DNA of 32,000 bases. Source: Nitrososphaerota archaeon. GTDB lineage: Archaea > Thermoproteota > Nitrososphaeria > Nitrososphaerales > Gagatemarchaeaceae. The stretch spans positions 69,329 to 101,328 of the forward strand of contig JAFMAD010000004.1 of NCBI GenBank assembly GCA_029785195.1. The letters run 5' to 3'. The translations under genes were made by a program, and so were the position numbers. The notes under the pieces were generated by a model, which was not told where the DNA came from, ran no database searches, and saw only the letters and a program-made list of their open reading frames with translations. This document shows positions 8,327 to 15,923 of the stretch, piece by piece. How positions within the stretch are numbered: position 1 is the first letter of the stretch; each line of letters begins with the position of its first letter.

Positions 8327-9652
8327 GTGATGGACTCTGAGCACGAGTGGCTAACGGGTCTCAGGTACGAGGACTTGTGGGCATACATCAAAACACAGAA
8401 GGGGAACAATGAAGCCCAAAGGAGTTACAACGCGGGGATAGGGGCGCTACTAAATGAAATCAACAAAGTCCCGCAATTCAGGGGCAAAATCTCCCCAGAC
8501 GACGTAGATTACGCCTTCAAGGAGGCGCTCGAAAAAATCAAGGAACCTCTGAGTAGGACGGGCAAGAGAAAGCTGGAAGCCATCCTGCGAAAGTGGATGG
8601 GAGTGGAGCGTGACTACGACTTCCACTTTGACTTGGGCTGGCTGATTGGCTTCCCTGTGGGCTTCCAGTTCGGCTATGGAGAGTTGAGGCCCTTCTCCAG
8701 GTTGCCAAGGATGAACAGGCCTTACGTCGAACGGGGCTTTGAGATGGCAGCGGCGAGGCTGAAAACGCCAGCCAGGATTGATTTCGCTCCTAGTGAGGTC
8801 GAACGATGGTTCCTCTGTATAAGACAGCGGACGATTGGATGGCATAACGCGGCAGAGAGAGCAGATTTTCTCGCTACCCGGAGCCTCGCAGCGTACGAGC
8901 TCGTGACTGGAGTCGCAGAAATCGAATCCTGGTCTTTGGCAACTCCTCCTCGCCACGACCTTGTCGTTGTTTGTCACGACAGGAAGCGGACGGGAGGCCG
9001 CTATCACGCTCGCCCACCCCTCCAACTCGTCATTAATTTCCCCGGTTCAGGTTTCGATGAACTGATGAACAAGATGACTAGGCTGATGAGGAATGAGAAC
9101 CGCACCGAAATTGAGAACAGGATAATGGCTGTAGTCGAAATCTTCGCTATGCTCCAGGGAGGGGTGCAACTGGAGGCAAAGTACCTGCTGAAAGTAATCT
9201 CGCTTGAGGCCCTTTTCCTATCTGAGGACGACCGTGACTATCTCGGGTACAGACTGGCCGAAAAGATTGCGTTCCTGCTTGGTGACGACAAGCTCTGGAT
9301 GGCCATAACCTACGAAAGGCTACCACACTTGGGGTTCAGCGGGAATCTGAGAGAACTGGGAGACCAATATATCGACGACAAATTCGCGGAGACCAAGAAG
9401 TCAGACGCGCGGCGCCGTTTGAACAGAGAGGTCGTTAGGCTTTATCGCAAGAGATCGGCATTCGCTCACCAGCAACGAAGGAACTTGGAGAGCCTCATAA
9501 CCCCGTACGATTACGATATGGTCTCATGGTTGCTGAGACTTTCAGTGGTCAAGATGCTTTCCCTTACAGAAAGAGGAGTAACCCACCTCAGGAAGCGGAG
9601 CGACGACGACCCTTCGAGCTTCGACCAACTCGTTGAGAAGCTGAAGTACTGA
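8327..9652 (+). CDS. Hypothetical 441-aa protein with a C-terminal HEPN-like Rx4H motif (Apea/Abi-like arrangement, tentative)
   Basis: Track ORF. The C-terminal region reads VISLEALFLSEDD ... VVRLYRKRSAFAHQQRRN. RSAFAH is an R-x4-H motif, preceded upstream by a conserved-looking acidic helix, as in HEPN RNases. I did not recognise the N-terminal 300 aa. Confidence 0.7.
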   Translation: MMDSEHEWLTGLRYEDLWAYIKTQKGNNEAQRSYNAGIGALLNEINKVPQFRGKISPDDVDYAFKEALEKIKEPLSRTGKRKLEAILRKWMGVERDYDFHFDLGWLIGFPVGFQFGYGELRPFSRLPRMNRPYVERGFEMAAARLKTPARIDFAPSEVERWFLCIRQRTIGWHNAAERADFLATRSLAAYELVTGVAEIESWSLATPPRHDLVVVCHDRKRTGGRYHARPPLQLVINFPGSGFDELMNKMTRLMRNENRTEIENRIMAVVEIFAMLQGGVQLEAKYLLKVISLEALFLSEDDRDYLGYRLAEKIAFLLGDDKLWMAITYERLPHLGFSGNLRELGDQYIDDKFAETKKSDARRRLNREVVRLYRKRSAFAHQQRRNLESLITPYDYDMVSWLLRLSVVKMLSLTERGVTHLRKRSDDDPSSFDQLVEKLKY

Positions 9653-9755
9653 GGAGGATTGCTTCATCGTCAAATCATCGGCGAAGCATGTTCGAAGCGC
9701 GCGGTAGTCAAGCGGTTGAAGGCGGAATGTCTTTTATCATCCAACAGATTCGGCC

Positions 9756-10862
9756 TTGCCTGCTACTTTGTCTGAAACCGATGAGGATTCTGGTTTTCTG
9801 GAGCCGCTTGAGGACGAATTGGAAGACATGCGCAGAGCAGTACGAATCGAGAGCAAGCTGTACTCCTATCCGGCGGACTTCCCCCTGCAAGTCCTCCATG
9901 AGAAGATAGACAGCGGAGAGATAGACTTCCCTCCGTTCCAAAGGAAGTACGTCTGGACAAAGGAGAAGGCGTCCATGCTGATTGACTCTTTCATGCGACG
10001 CCTTCCTGTGCCTCCCGTGTACTTGTTCACCACGTCCAAGGGTACTCTGCTTGTGGTAGACGGCCAACAGAGATTACGAACCATCAAGCGGTTCTTCGAG
10101 GACAGGTGGGAAGACGGTGAGGAATTCGAACTCGTCTTAGCAGACGACAACCCTCTGAACAACAAGCGATTCCAAGACCTCGACGAAGCAGATCAGAAGA
10201 AGCTCAAGAATGCTGTGATGAGATCCATGGTGATAGAGCCCAAGTCCGGCAGATATGACAATGCGATGTACGACATCTTCGAGAGGTTGAACACGGGTGG
10301 GATGCTCCTGATGCCTCAGGAAATCAGGAACTGCGTGTACCACGGAGCCTTGAATGACTCGATTATCAGACTAAACAGACTGGCTGATTGGAGGACTATA
10401 GTCGGCACCGCAGAGGAGGACAAGCGCCTCAGAGACGTCGAGCTCATTCTGAGAGGGGTGGCCCTGTCGAATCTGGGGAAGGACATCGGCCCCGAACCTC
10501 CTTTGAGGTATAAACCATCCATGAAACAATTCCTCAACGACTTCATGAAGACTATGCAGGATCCGAGCAAGGAATGGGTTGGTGACATGGAATCGACTTT
10601 TACGACGACTGCTCGGCTTATTGTCAAGACTTTGGGTGAAACGCCGTTTCATGTCACACGAGCGATGAGGGCGCCCACATACGACGCTGTGTTCGTCGCC
10701 TTCGCCAAGCACCCCGAATCAATCCCCCCGGATATCAAGGAAAGGTACGAACTGCTTAAGGCAGATGCCGATTTCAAGAAGTATACCGAAGAGCGTCCAA
10801 CCGGTGCGAAGAGTGTCAATGGACGGCTCGACCTAGCGGAGAAAGTGCTTTTTGGGGGATAG
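9756..10862 (+). CDS. DUF262 (ParB/Srx-like, GmrSD N-terminal type) protein without a DUF1524/HNH nuclease domain
   Basis: Track ORF. IDFPPFQRKYVWTKEKASMLIDSFMRRLPVPPVYLF...LLVVDGQQRLRTIKRFF carries the FQRxxVW and DGQQR signature motifs. The C-terminal 170 aa has no H..N..H-type nuclease motif. The TTG start at 9756 is uncertain. Confidence 0.88.
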   Translation: MPATLSETDEDSGFLEPLEDELEDMRRAVRIESKLYSYPADFPLQVLHEKIDSGEIDFPPFQRKYVWTKEKASMLIDSFMRRLPVPPVYLFTTSKGTLLVVDGQQRLRTIKRFFEDRWEDGEEFELVLADDNPLNNKRFQDLDEADQKKLKNAVMRSMVIEPKSGRYDNAMYDIFERLNTGGMLLMPQEIRNCVYHGALNDSIIRLNRLADWRTIVGTAEEDKRLRDVELILRGVALSNLGKDIGPEPPLRYKPSMKQFLNDFMKTMQDPSKEWVGDMESTFTTTARLIVKTLGETPFHVTRAMRAPTYDAVFVAFAKHPESIPPDIKERYELLKADADFKKYTEERPTGAKSVNGRLDLAEKVLFGG

Positions 10863-10864
10863 CG

Positions 10865-11356
10865 ATGCCCTTCAGCGACGTGACGGACCGGCTCAACGAA
10901 GACAGCTTGGTCCTCGACATGCTCCGGAGAAGCAGGATCGACCTACGAACTATCTCGAAACTCGAGAACATGATGGTAAGAGACCTGCTTATCGTCATGT
11001 ACACGACCTACCAAGAACACGTGGTCGAGGTGGTGCTGAAGAAGGTGAAACGCCACAGCGATAATCACGAAGCCATTGTGAACTTCGTCCGGCGCAAGAT
11101 TGAGGAAACCAACATCGACACCTTCGCTTTGAAGAAGCTGCTGAAGCAACTACTTCCGAGTTATGCGTCAAACTTCGAGTTCGCATTGAAAGACAGAGAG
11201 ACCACTTCCGCTTACATGAACATAATCACAGGGAGAATAGATGTAGCTCATCACCAGGGGAACAACCTCCAGATTGGTTCCCTCGTCGAAATCGCAGAAG
11301 CTCACGTCCATGCTCAACGATTGCTACAATCATTCGAGAGTTGCATGTATGCATGA
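10865..11356 (+). CDS. Small (163 aa) HEPN-like protein with an Rx4H motif, of the kind associated with DUF262 (MAE_28990/MAE_18760-like, tentative)
   Basis: Track ORF. Its ATG lies 2 nt after the DUF262 stop, so the pair is tightly coupled. NIITGRIDVAHHQGN contains R-IDVA-H (Rx4H) in the C-terminal third of an all-helical-looking protein. Confidence 0.65.
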   Translation: MPFSDVTDRLNEDSLVLDMLRRSRIDLRTISKLENMMVRDLLIVMYTTYQEHVVEVVLKKVKRHSDNHEAIVNFVRRKIEETNIDTFALKKLLKQLLPSYASNFEFALKDRETTSAYMNIITGRIDVAHHQGNNLQIGSLVEIAEAHVHAQRLLQSFESCMYA

Positions 11357-11441
11357 TTCGCATGCTGGATTCTGTGTTCCATCTCAATCGTCGGGTTCGG
11401 GTACGTACCATTAAGTAAGTAGCCTGCCGCCAGTTTGAGAA

Positions 11442-12143
11442 TTGGAATTTCAAAGGATAGATGACATCCAGGCAAGCACCGTGAAGGTATCCAGCGATGC
11501 GGGGGAAGGAAGCGGTGTGCTTCTCGGAAAAAGTGGGCATGTAGCTACTTGTGCCCATGTCGTAGGAGAGAACAAGAAGGGTGAAATCCTATGGTTCGGC
11601 GCCCCCGACCTCAACACAGCTTACCAAGTCGAAGCAATCGACGAGGAATGGGATGTCGCTGTCCTCAGAACGGACCCCAACCTGTTCGAGCAACTGAATG
11701 GGACCGTCAAGGTCAATCCGCTAACTTTCGTCACAACCAGGGGTGAAATCAAAGCAGGAATGGTAATCGGTATCTGTGGCTATCCGTGGGTGACAGGATT
11801 GCGCGAGAAGCCGGACATATCTAGGCATCCTCCTTCGATTACACTTGGAATCGTATCCCTTTGGCGAGGCGAACTCAGCGAGACAATCATGCTCGGCGCG
11901 AATCTTCACCAGGGAAATAGCGGCGGTCCGGTGTTTAACGAATTCGGTCTGGTTCTGGGGCTTGCTTCGCAGAGCACGGTGTACAAGAAGGAGGAGATTG
12001 GAAGCGTGCTTTCGATGGGTTTGCCGCTGGGCTACGGCGAAATGGTCCCGATGCAATTGGTAAACATCCTGATAGTGAGGGAGAGGCTCAAGGTCGAGTG
12101 GACCCCAACGAGTCGGATAGGTAGTCATTTCAGCAAATCGTAG
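11442..12143 (+). CDS. Trypsin-like (chymotrypsin-fold, Trypsin_2/DegP-protease-domain type) serine protease with no signal peptide and no PDZ domain
   Basis: Track ORF. Triad contexts: GSGVLLGKSGHVATCAHVV (His), WDVAVLRT (Asp), HQGNSGGPVFNEFGLVLGL (Ser). The N-terminus MEFQRIDDIQASTVKV is not hydrophobic. Confidence 0.85.
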   Translation: MEFQRIDDIQASTVKVSSDAGEGSGVLLGKSGHVATCAHVVGENKKGEILWFGAPDLNTAYQVEAIDEEWDVAVLRTDPNLFEQLNGTVKVNPLTFVTTRGEIKAGMVIGICGYPWVTGLREKPDISRHPPSITLGIVSLWRGELSETIMLGANLHQGNSGGPVFNEFGLVLGLASQSTVYKKEEIGSVLSMGLPLGYGEMVPMQLVNILIVRERLKVEWTPTSRIGSHFSKS

Positions 12144-12166
12144 TGCTAGATTACCTTCATCGCAGG

Positions 12167-12586
12167 TTACCCTTGCACCAAGGGCCTCCCAAATATCTTG
12201 CTTTGGTGCCACATGAGGAACCTCTTCGCAGGTGCCCCTTTCCCTAGCTTCCTGAAACTCAGAGTGACCAATCTAACCTGTCTCAGGGTCGCCGGGGTGA
12301 AGGCCTTTCGGCAATAACTCACCCGGTAAGACGGGTACTCTAAGGTGATGAATCCCTCCCCGAAAAGGTTGTCATGAAGGGAACACATGAGGATGACATT
12401 CTCGTCCTGTCCTCGCTCCTTCTCACCTTTTGCCCAGCCCTTGATATGGCCGGCTATCAGGAGCGGTGGGGAATCTATTTTGCAGAGTGCACATTGGGTG
12501 CCATAACGAACAAGGGCACGTCTCCTAATTTCTCTCCTAGGACTGTTTTCGGTCCGAGTCCCGTCGGAATCGAGTCTGACTCGTTC
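12167..12586 (-). pseudogene. HNH endonuclease (HNH_2-like, of the kind found in type IV restriction proteins), 5'-truncated remnant
   Basis: My translation of the stop-to-stop frame reads ...RRRALVRYGTQCALCKIDSPPLLIAGHIKGWAKGEKERGQDENVILMCSLHDNLFGEGFITLE... This gives CxxC, then the HI and N motifs, then LHDNLF. There is no ATG, GTG or TTG between the upstream in-frame TAG (12589-12587) and the CxxC. The first canonical start (12388, the track's 73-aa ORF) falls after the first catalytic His. Confidence 0.5.
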
Positions 12587-12720
12587 CTAACCTGACAGCG
12601 GACTAGCGTTCAACCCCGACTTGCGTCTGCGGCAATCAAAGCTTGGTTGTCGATTCGAATCGCAAAGTTCTCCGGAATCGTCATTAGTTGTGCGATTGTT
12701 CGGCTTTTGCCTTATGCGAA

Positions 12721-12756
12721 TCGGATTTGAACCCACCTAGGTAGTGATAAATCCGA
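12721..12756. repeat. 36-bp imperfect palindrome: 8-bp outer arms TCGGATTT/AAATCCGA around a central ACCTAGGT
   Basis: Read directly. Arms at 12721-12728 and 12749-12756 share a centre with the CCTAGG core (12736-12741). 13 of 18 half-site positions are symmetric. It lies in a gene-poor stretch of about 470 bp (12596-13067) between the island and the core genes. Confidence 0.5.
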
Positions 12757-13067
12757 CCCGCAGCAAGCGGTCAACGTTCGGAGAGGCGGCTTTGTGTGCC
12801 GCAACGGGGAGCGGTTCGCAGACAGACCACAGTTCGACGACCAACTCAAGCAGCGTCCGGGCAAACTCGCCGTACGCGATTGCTGTAATAGGGCACTTCC
12901 AAAGGGGTCATCGAAGGTCGATGAAAACGGCACCTTCGCTTCGACAAAAGAACGCGCTGACAACGACGTGCCTTCTCCCAACACGTGTTGACTAGACTAG
13001 CTTTGTCTTCCCAAGTCTCACGCCTAATCCCAAGACAATCCGCGCCTCCGATCCTATTCGACTCATC

Positions 13068-13565
13068 ATGATTCTGCCTCAAGTCCTGAACGCCGTCATT
13101 CTCTGGGTCCACCTCCTCATGGCTGTCCTCTTCGTGGGCGGCTCGTTCTTCATGTGGCTGGTGGTCGTGCCTTCGTCCCGGCTGACGACGGCCGACGAGT
13201 CGGAGCGGACTCGGATTACGGGGGTGATTGCAAAGCGGTTCGGAAGAATGACCAACATTGTCCTGGTCATACTCGTCCTCACAGGCATCTACAACGCGTC
13301 CTGGTACCTCCCCTCGACCGCTGCCCTCTTCGACACCCCCACAGGGAACATCCTTCTCCTCAAGGTGATACTTGTAGGCGCGCTCGTTCTCCTCATCTAC
13401 GTGCATAACGTCTACTTTGGGAAGAAGATCATCCAACTCGCCAGGGAGAAGAGGCTCGAAGAATTGAAAGCGCTCAGGAAGAGGAGCCGGTTGGTCTCGG
13501 CCGCCAACCTAGTCTTGATGCTGGTGATTCTACTCCTCGCAGTCATGTTGCAGATGCCCTTCTAG
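13068..13565 (+). CDS. Small polytopic membrane protein, CopD-family-like (tentative)
   Basis: Track ORF with 4 hydrophobic segments. VILWVHLLMAVLFVGGSFFMW resembles the CopD HLLaaalWvGG motif. Confidence 0.65.
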   Translation: MILPQVLNAVILWVHLLMAVLFVGGSFFMWLVVVPSSRLTTADESERTRITGVIAKRFGRMTNIVLVILVLTGIYNASWYLPSTAALFDTPTGNILLLKVILVGALVLLIYVHNVYFGKKIIQLAREKRLEELKALRKRSRLVSAANLVLMLVILLLAVMLQMPF

Positions 13566-13679
13566 CTATGCCGCCAAGACACGGGCGGACATGCGGGGTC
13601 CGACGCCAGTTAGCCCCGCGGATTCCTCTATCGCGTTTTTCGACAGGGACCCGGGGCGCTGCTCTCGGCTACGTGTAGC

Positions 13680-13994
13680 TCAAGTCGTCTTGAGCAGGAT
13701 GTGCTCTCCTTCAACCCGCACCTCGTAACATGGTTGGGGCTTTTCCGCCGGCGACCGGACCACTGCTCCCGTCCTGACGTCGAACTGCGAGCCGTGCCAC
13801 GGGCAGGTCACTACGTGGCCCTCCAATCTCCCTCGTGCAAGAGGTCCGCCCATGTGGGTGCACGAGTTTCCCATCGCGAAGAACTCTCCTCCGACATTCG
13901 CCAGCATGATTTTGTTCGCACCCACGCTGACTTCCTTCATCTTGCCTTCTTGGACTTCGTTTCTGCTTGCGACCCTCACGAATTCGCCAGGCAA
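13680..13994 (-). CDS. Rieske [2Fe-2S] ferredoxin
   Basis: Track ORF. It carries CTHMGGPL and CPWHGSQFDVRTG, the CxH...CxxH Rieske ligand boxes. Confidence 0.9.
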   Translation of the reverse strand: MPGEFVRVASRNEVQEGKMKEVSVGANKIMLANVGGEFFAMGNSCTHMGGPLARGRLEGHVVTCPWHGSQFDVRTGAVVRSPAEKPQPCYEVRVEGEHILLKTT

Positions 13995-13997
13995 CTT

Positions 13998-14309
13998 TCA
14001 CTTACCCCGCCGCGACGTCTCGGCCCTGCTGTGCGCTAGTCCTAGTTCCTCTTCTGCCTTCATAGCCTTCTCCTGAAGGTCATCGATGTTTTGCCGTGTT
14101 GTCTCCTCGAAGAGATTGCACCAGTCGCGTCCTGAGACTATCAGGTTGTACTCCCTTAGCTTCGGATGAACGCACTTTCCGCGCTCCAGCAAGTCGGCGT
14201 TGATCGGATCGTTGGGTGAGAACCATGCACACGCCAGGCAATTCTCGTCCTGCCAAGCCAGCCTCCTCAGGCTTCTCCGGAGCTCTGGTTCCGTTCCTTT
14301 CGTTCGCAT
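13998..14309 (-). CDS. Small 4-Cys protein, HiPIP-like (tentative)
   Basis: Track ORF spaced 3 nt from the Rieske gene. ENCLACAWF...ERGKCVHP...VSGRDWCNLF gives a C-x2-C-x18-C-x17-C pattern with GxC and (G/D)WC contexts like high-potential iron-sulfur proteins. Confidence 0.45.
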   Translation of the reverse strand: MRTKGTEPELRRSLRRLAWQDENCLACAWFSPNDPINADLLERGKCVHPKLREYNLIVSGRDWCNLFEETTRQNIDDLQEKAMKAEEELGLAHSRAETSRRGK

Positions 14310-14313
14310 GAGA

Positions 14314-14667
14314 CTATCCAGCCCTCGAGGTCCCCTCTATCGCGTCTTTCAGGAGAGACCTGTGGCAGATTGTCGGGTCCTTCTCTGTACAAAGCAGCGT
14401 GATCGTTCCCTTTCTGGACTCTTCCGCCAAGCCCCTGAGAAGCCCCTCTTTCCCTTTCAGGCTCTCTTTGTATTTGGCCGCGAATTTGTTCCAGGAAATC
14501 TTTCCGTCCTTCCATTGCCTTATCAGCTCCTTCGGGGTCCCGAGATCCCTCATCCAGACATCGACCTTGCTTTTCGAGATGCCTCTCGGCCAAATCCTCA
14601 TCACGAGGATTCGTTTTCCGTCCGAGGGCTCGGCTTCGTCGTAGATTGACTTCTGTATTCTTATCAT
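14314..14667 (-). CDS. DUF488 family protein (short YeaO-like form)
   Basis: Track ORF. DGKRILVMRIWPRGISKSKVDVWMRDLGTPKELIRQW...ITLLCTEKDPTICHRSLL matches the YeaO/DUF488 pattern (RiLVDRlWPRG...W.k.laPS.eLr.w). Confidence 0.8.
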   Translation of the reverse strand: MIRIQKSIYDEAEPSDGKRILVMRIWPRGISKSKVDVWMRDLGTPKELIRQWKDGKISWNKFAAKYKESLKGKEGLLRGLAEESRKGTITLLCTEKDPTICHRSLLKDAIEGTSRAG

Positions 14668-15891
14668 CTATCTCAGGGCCCTCGATTCATCCCCGACCGC
14701 CGAAGGGTCGGCAATCGCCTTTCTCCGCTCGACCAGGGCCTTGGCCTTCTCTATCTCATCCCAATCCCGATTTATGGAGAGGACCCCGTCGAGGACATTC
14801 CCGTTGAAGTAGAATTGTAAGAAACCCGCGCTGGAATTCAGGCCCCCCCTGAGGACTGTAGACGTCCGGCTGGACAGGTCTCCGTACGCGTTTATCTCGA
14901 GGTCGTACTGGTTGGAGAAGAAATAGGGAAGCTCCTCGAAAGTAGCCCTTCTGCCCGCCATGTTCGACCCAGCGACGGCGCCCTGCCTCTCTGCCAAGTC
15001 GTAATGCTCCACCCTCATGACGCGCTTGAGGATTGGGCTGTAGAACCTTGCGACATCCCCAGCGGCATACACGCCCGTCGCGCTCGTCCTGAGGCGCTCG
15101 TCGACGACGACGCCCCTGTCCACCTTGAGGCCCGCCTCTTGGGCAACCTCAATATTCGGTATTATGCCCACCCCCACAACCACGAGGTCTGCGGGGACCA
15201 CGAGGCCGCCCCCTAGCTTCACGCCCGTCACCCGCCCGTCCTTGCCAACGAATTCGTTGACAGTCGTCTTGGTCAGGACCTTCACACCCTGTTTGGCGTG
15301 ATATCCCTGAATCCAGCCGGCGGTCTTTTCGTCGATCGCTGCCCCTAGCAGATGGTCGGCCAGTTCCACGAGGGTAACCTTCAGGCCCCTGCCGCGGAGC
15401 GTCGCAGCGACCTCACATCCTATGAACCCACCCCCGACGATTACGGCCTCGCCGGCCCCTGACGAAGCATTCCTTATGGCGTCGCAGTCTTCGAGCGTCC
15501 TCAGGTAATAGATCCCAGCGAGGTCCGACCCGGGCAACTGCAGCTTCCTGGGGCGCCCCCCTGTCGCAAGTAGCAGCCTTTTGTAAGAGAACGCCTGCCC
15601 GTTGTCAAGCCGCAGTGTCTTGCTCGAAATGTCGAGCGCCTCGGCTCTGCGCTCCCTGATTACCTCCACCTTGTTCCTTGAATAGTACGAGTTCCCCTTG
15701 AAGAAGAGCTCCTTTCTCTTCCTCTTCCCCGCAAGGAATTCCTTGGACAGAGGGACGCGGTCGTACGGGAACTGCCTCTCATCGGAGACGACCACTATCC
15801 TCCCAGTCCTGTCGTGCTTCCTAATCGCATAGGCCGCATGCCCTCCCGCCACGCCTCCGCCGACGATCAGGTAATCCGCATGATCTGGCAA
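14668..15891 (-). CDS. FAD/NAD(P)-dependent ferredoxin reductase (pyridine nucleotide-disulfide oxidoreductase family, AIF/putidaredoxin-reductase-like)
   Basis: Track ORF 14668..16113, trimmed to the in-frame TTG at 15891 because the longer form overlaps the OFOR beta gene by 190 nt. Motifs: DYLIVGGGVAGG (FAD GxGxxG), AVIVGGGFIGCEVA (NAD GxGxxG), VYAAGDVA, and a C-terminal reductase dimerisation region. Confidence 0.88.
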   Translation of the reverse strand: MPDHADYLIVGGGVAGGHAAYAIRKHDRTGRIVVVSDERQFPYDRVPLSKEFLAGKRKRKELFFKGNSYYSRNKVEVIRERRAEALDISSKTLRLDNGQAFSYKRLLLATGGRPRKLQLPGSDLAGIYYLRTLEDCDAIRNASSGAGEAVIVGGGFIGCEVAATLRGRGLKVTLVELADHLLGAAIDEKTAGWIQGYHAKQGVKVLTKTTVNEFVGKDGRVTGVKLGGGLVVPADLVVVGVGIIPNIEVAQEAGLKVDRGVVVDERLRTSATGVYAAGDVARFYSPILKRVMRVEHYDLAERQGAVAGSNMAGRRATFEELPYFFSNQYDLEINAYGDLSSRTSTVLRGGLNSSAGFLQFYFNGNVLDGVLSINRDWDEIEKAKALVERRKAIADPSAVGDESRALR

Positions 15892-15923
15892 TCGGGCTCG
15901 CCCTGCCTCTCGTTCACGCGACC

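Noticed and set aside
12721-12800. Possible minus-strand tRNA or tRNA 3' fragment, suggested by the T-arm-like GGTTCAAATCC
   Set aside because: The putative T-stem (GTGGG/CCGAT) has an internal G-G mismatch. I could build no D-arm with the conserved GG and no anticodon arm. The only acceptor-like pairing would span about 104 nt with a mismatch. The motif is better explained as one arm of the 36-bp palindrome. tRNAscan-SE should confirm.
12846-13436. 196-aa minus-strand ORF overlapping the CopD-like gene
   Set aside because: It is antisense to a coherent 4-TM membrane protein ORF, and its product is charged and low-complexity with no motif.
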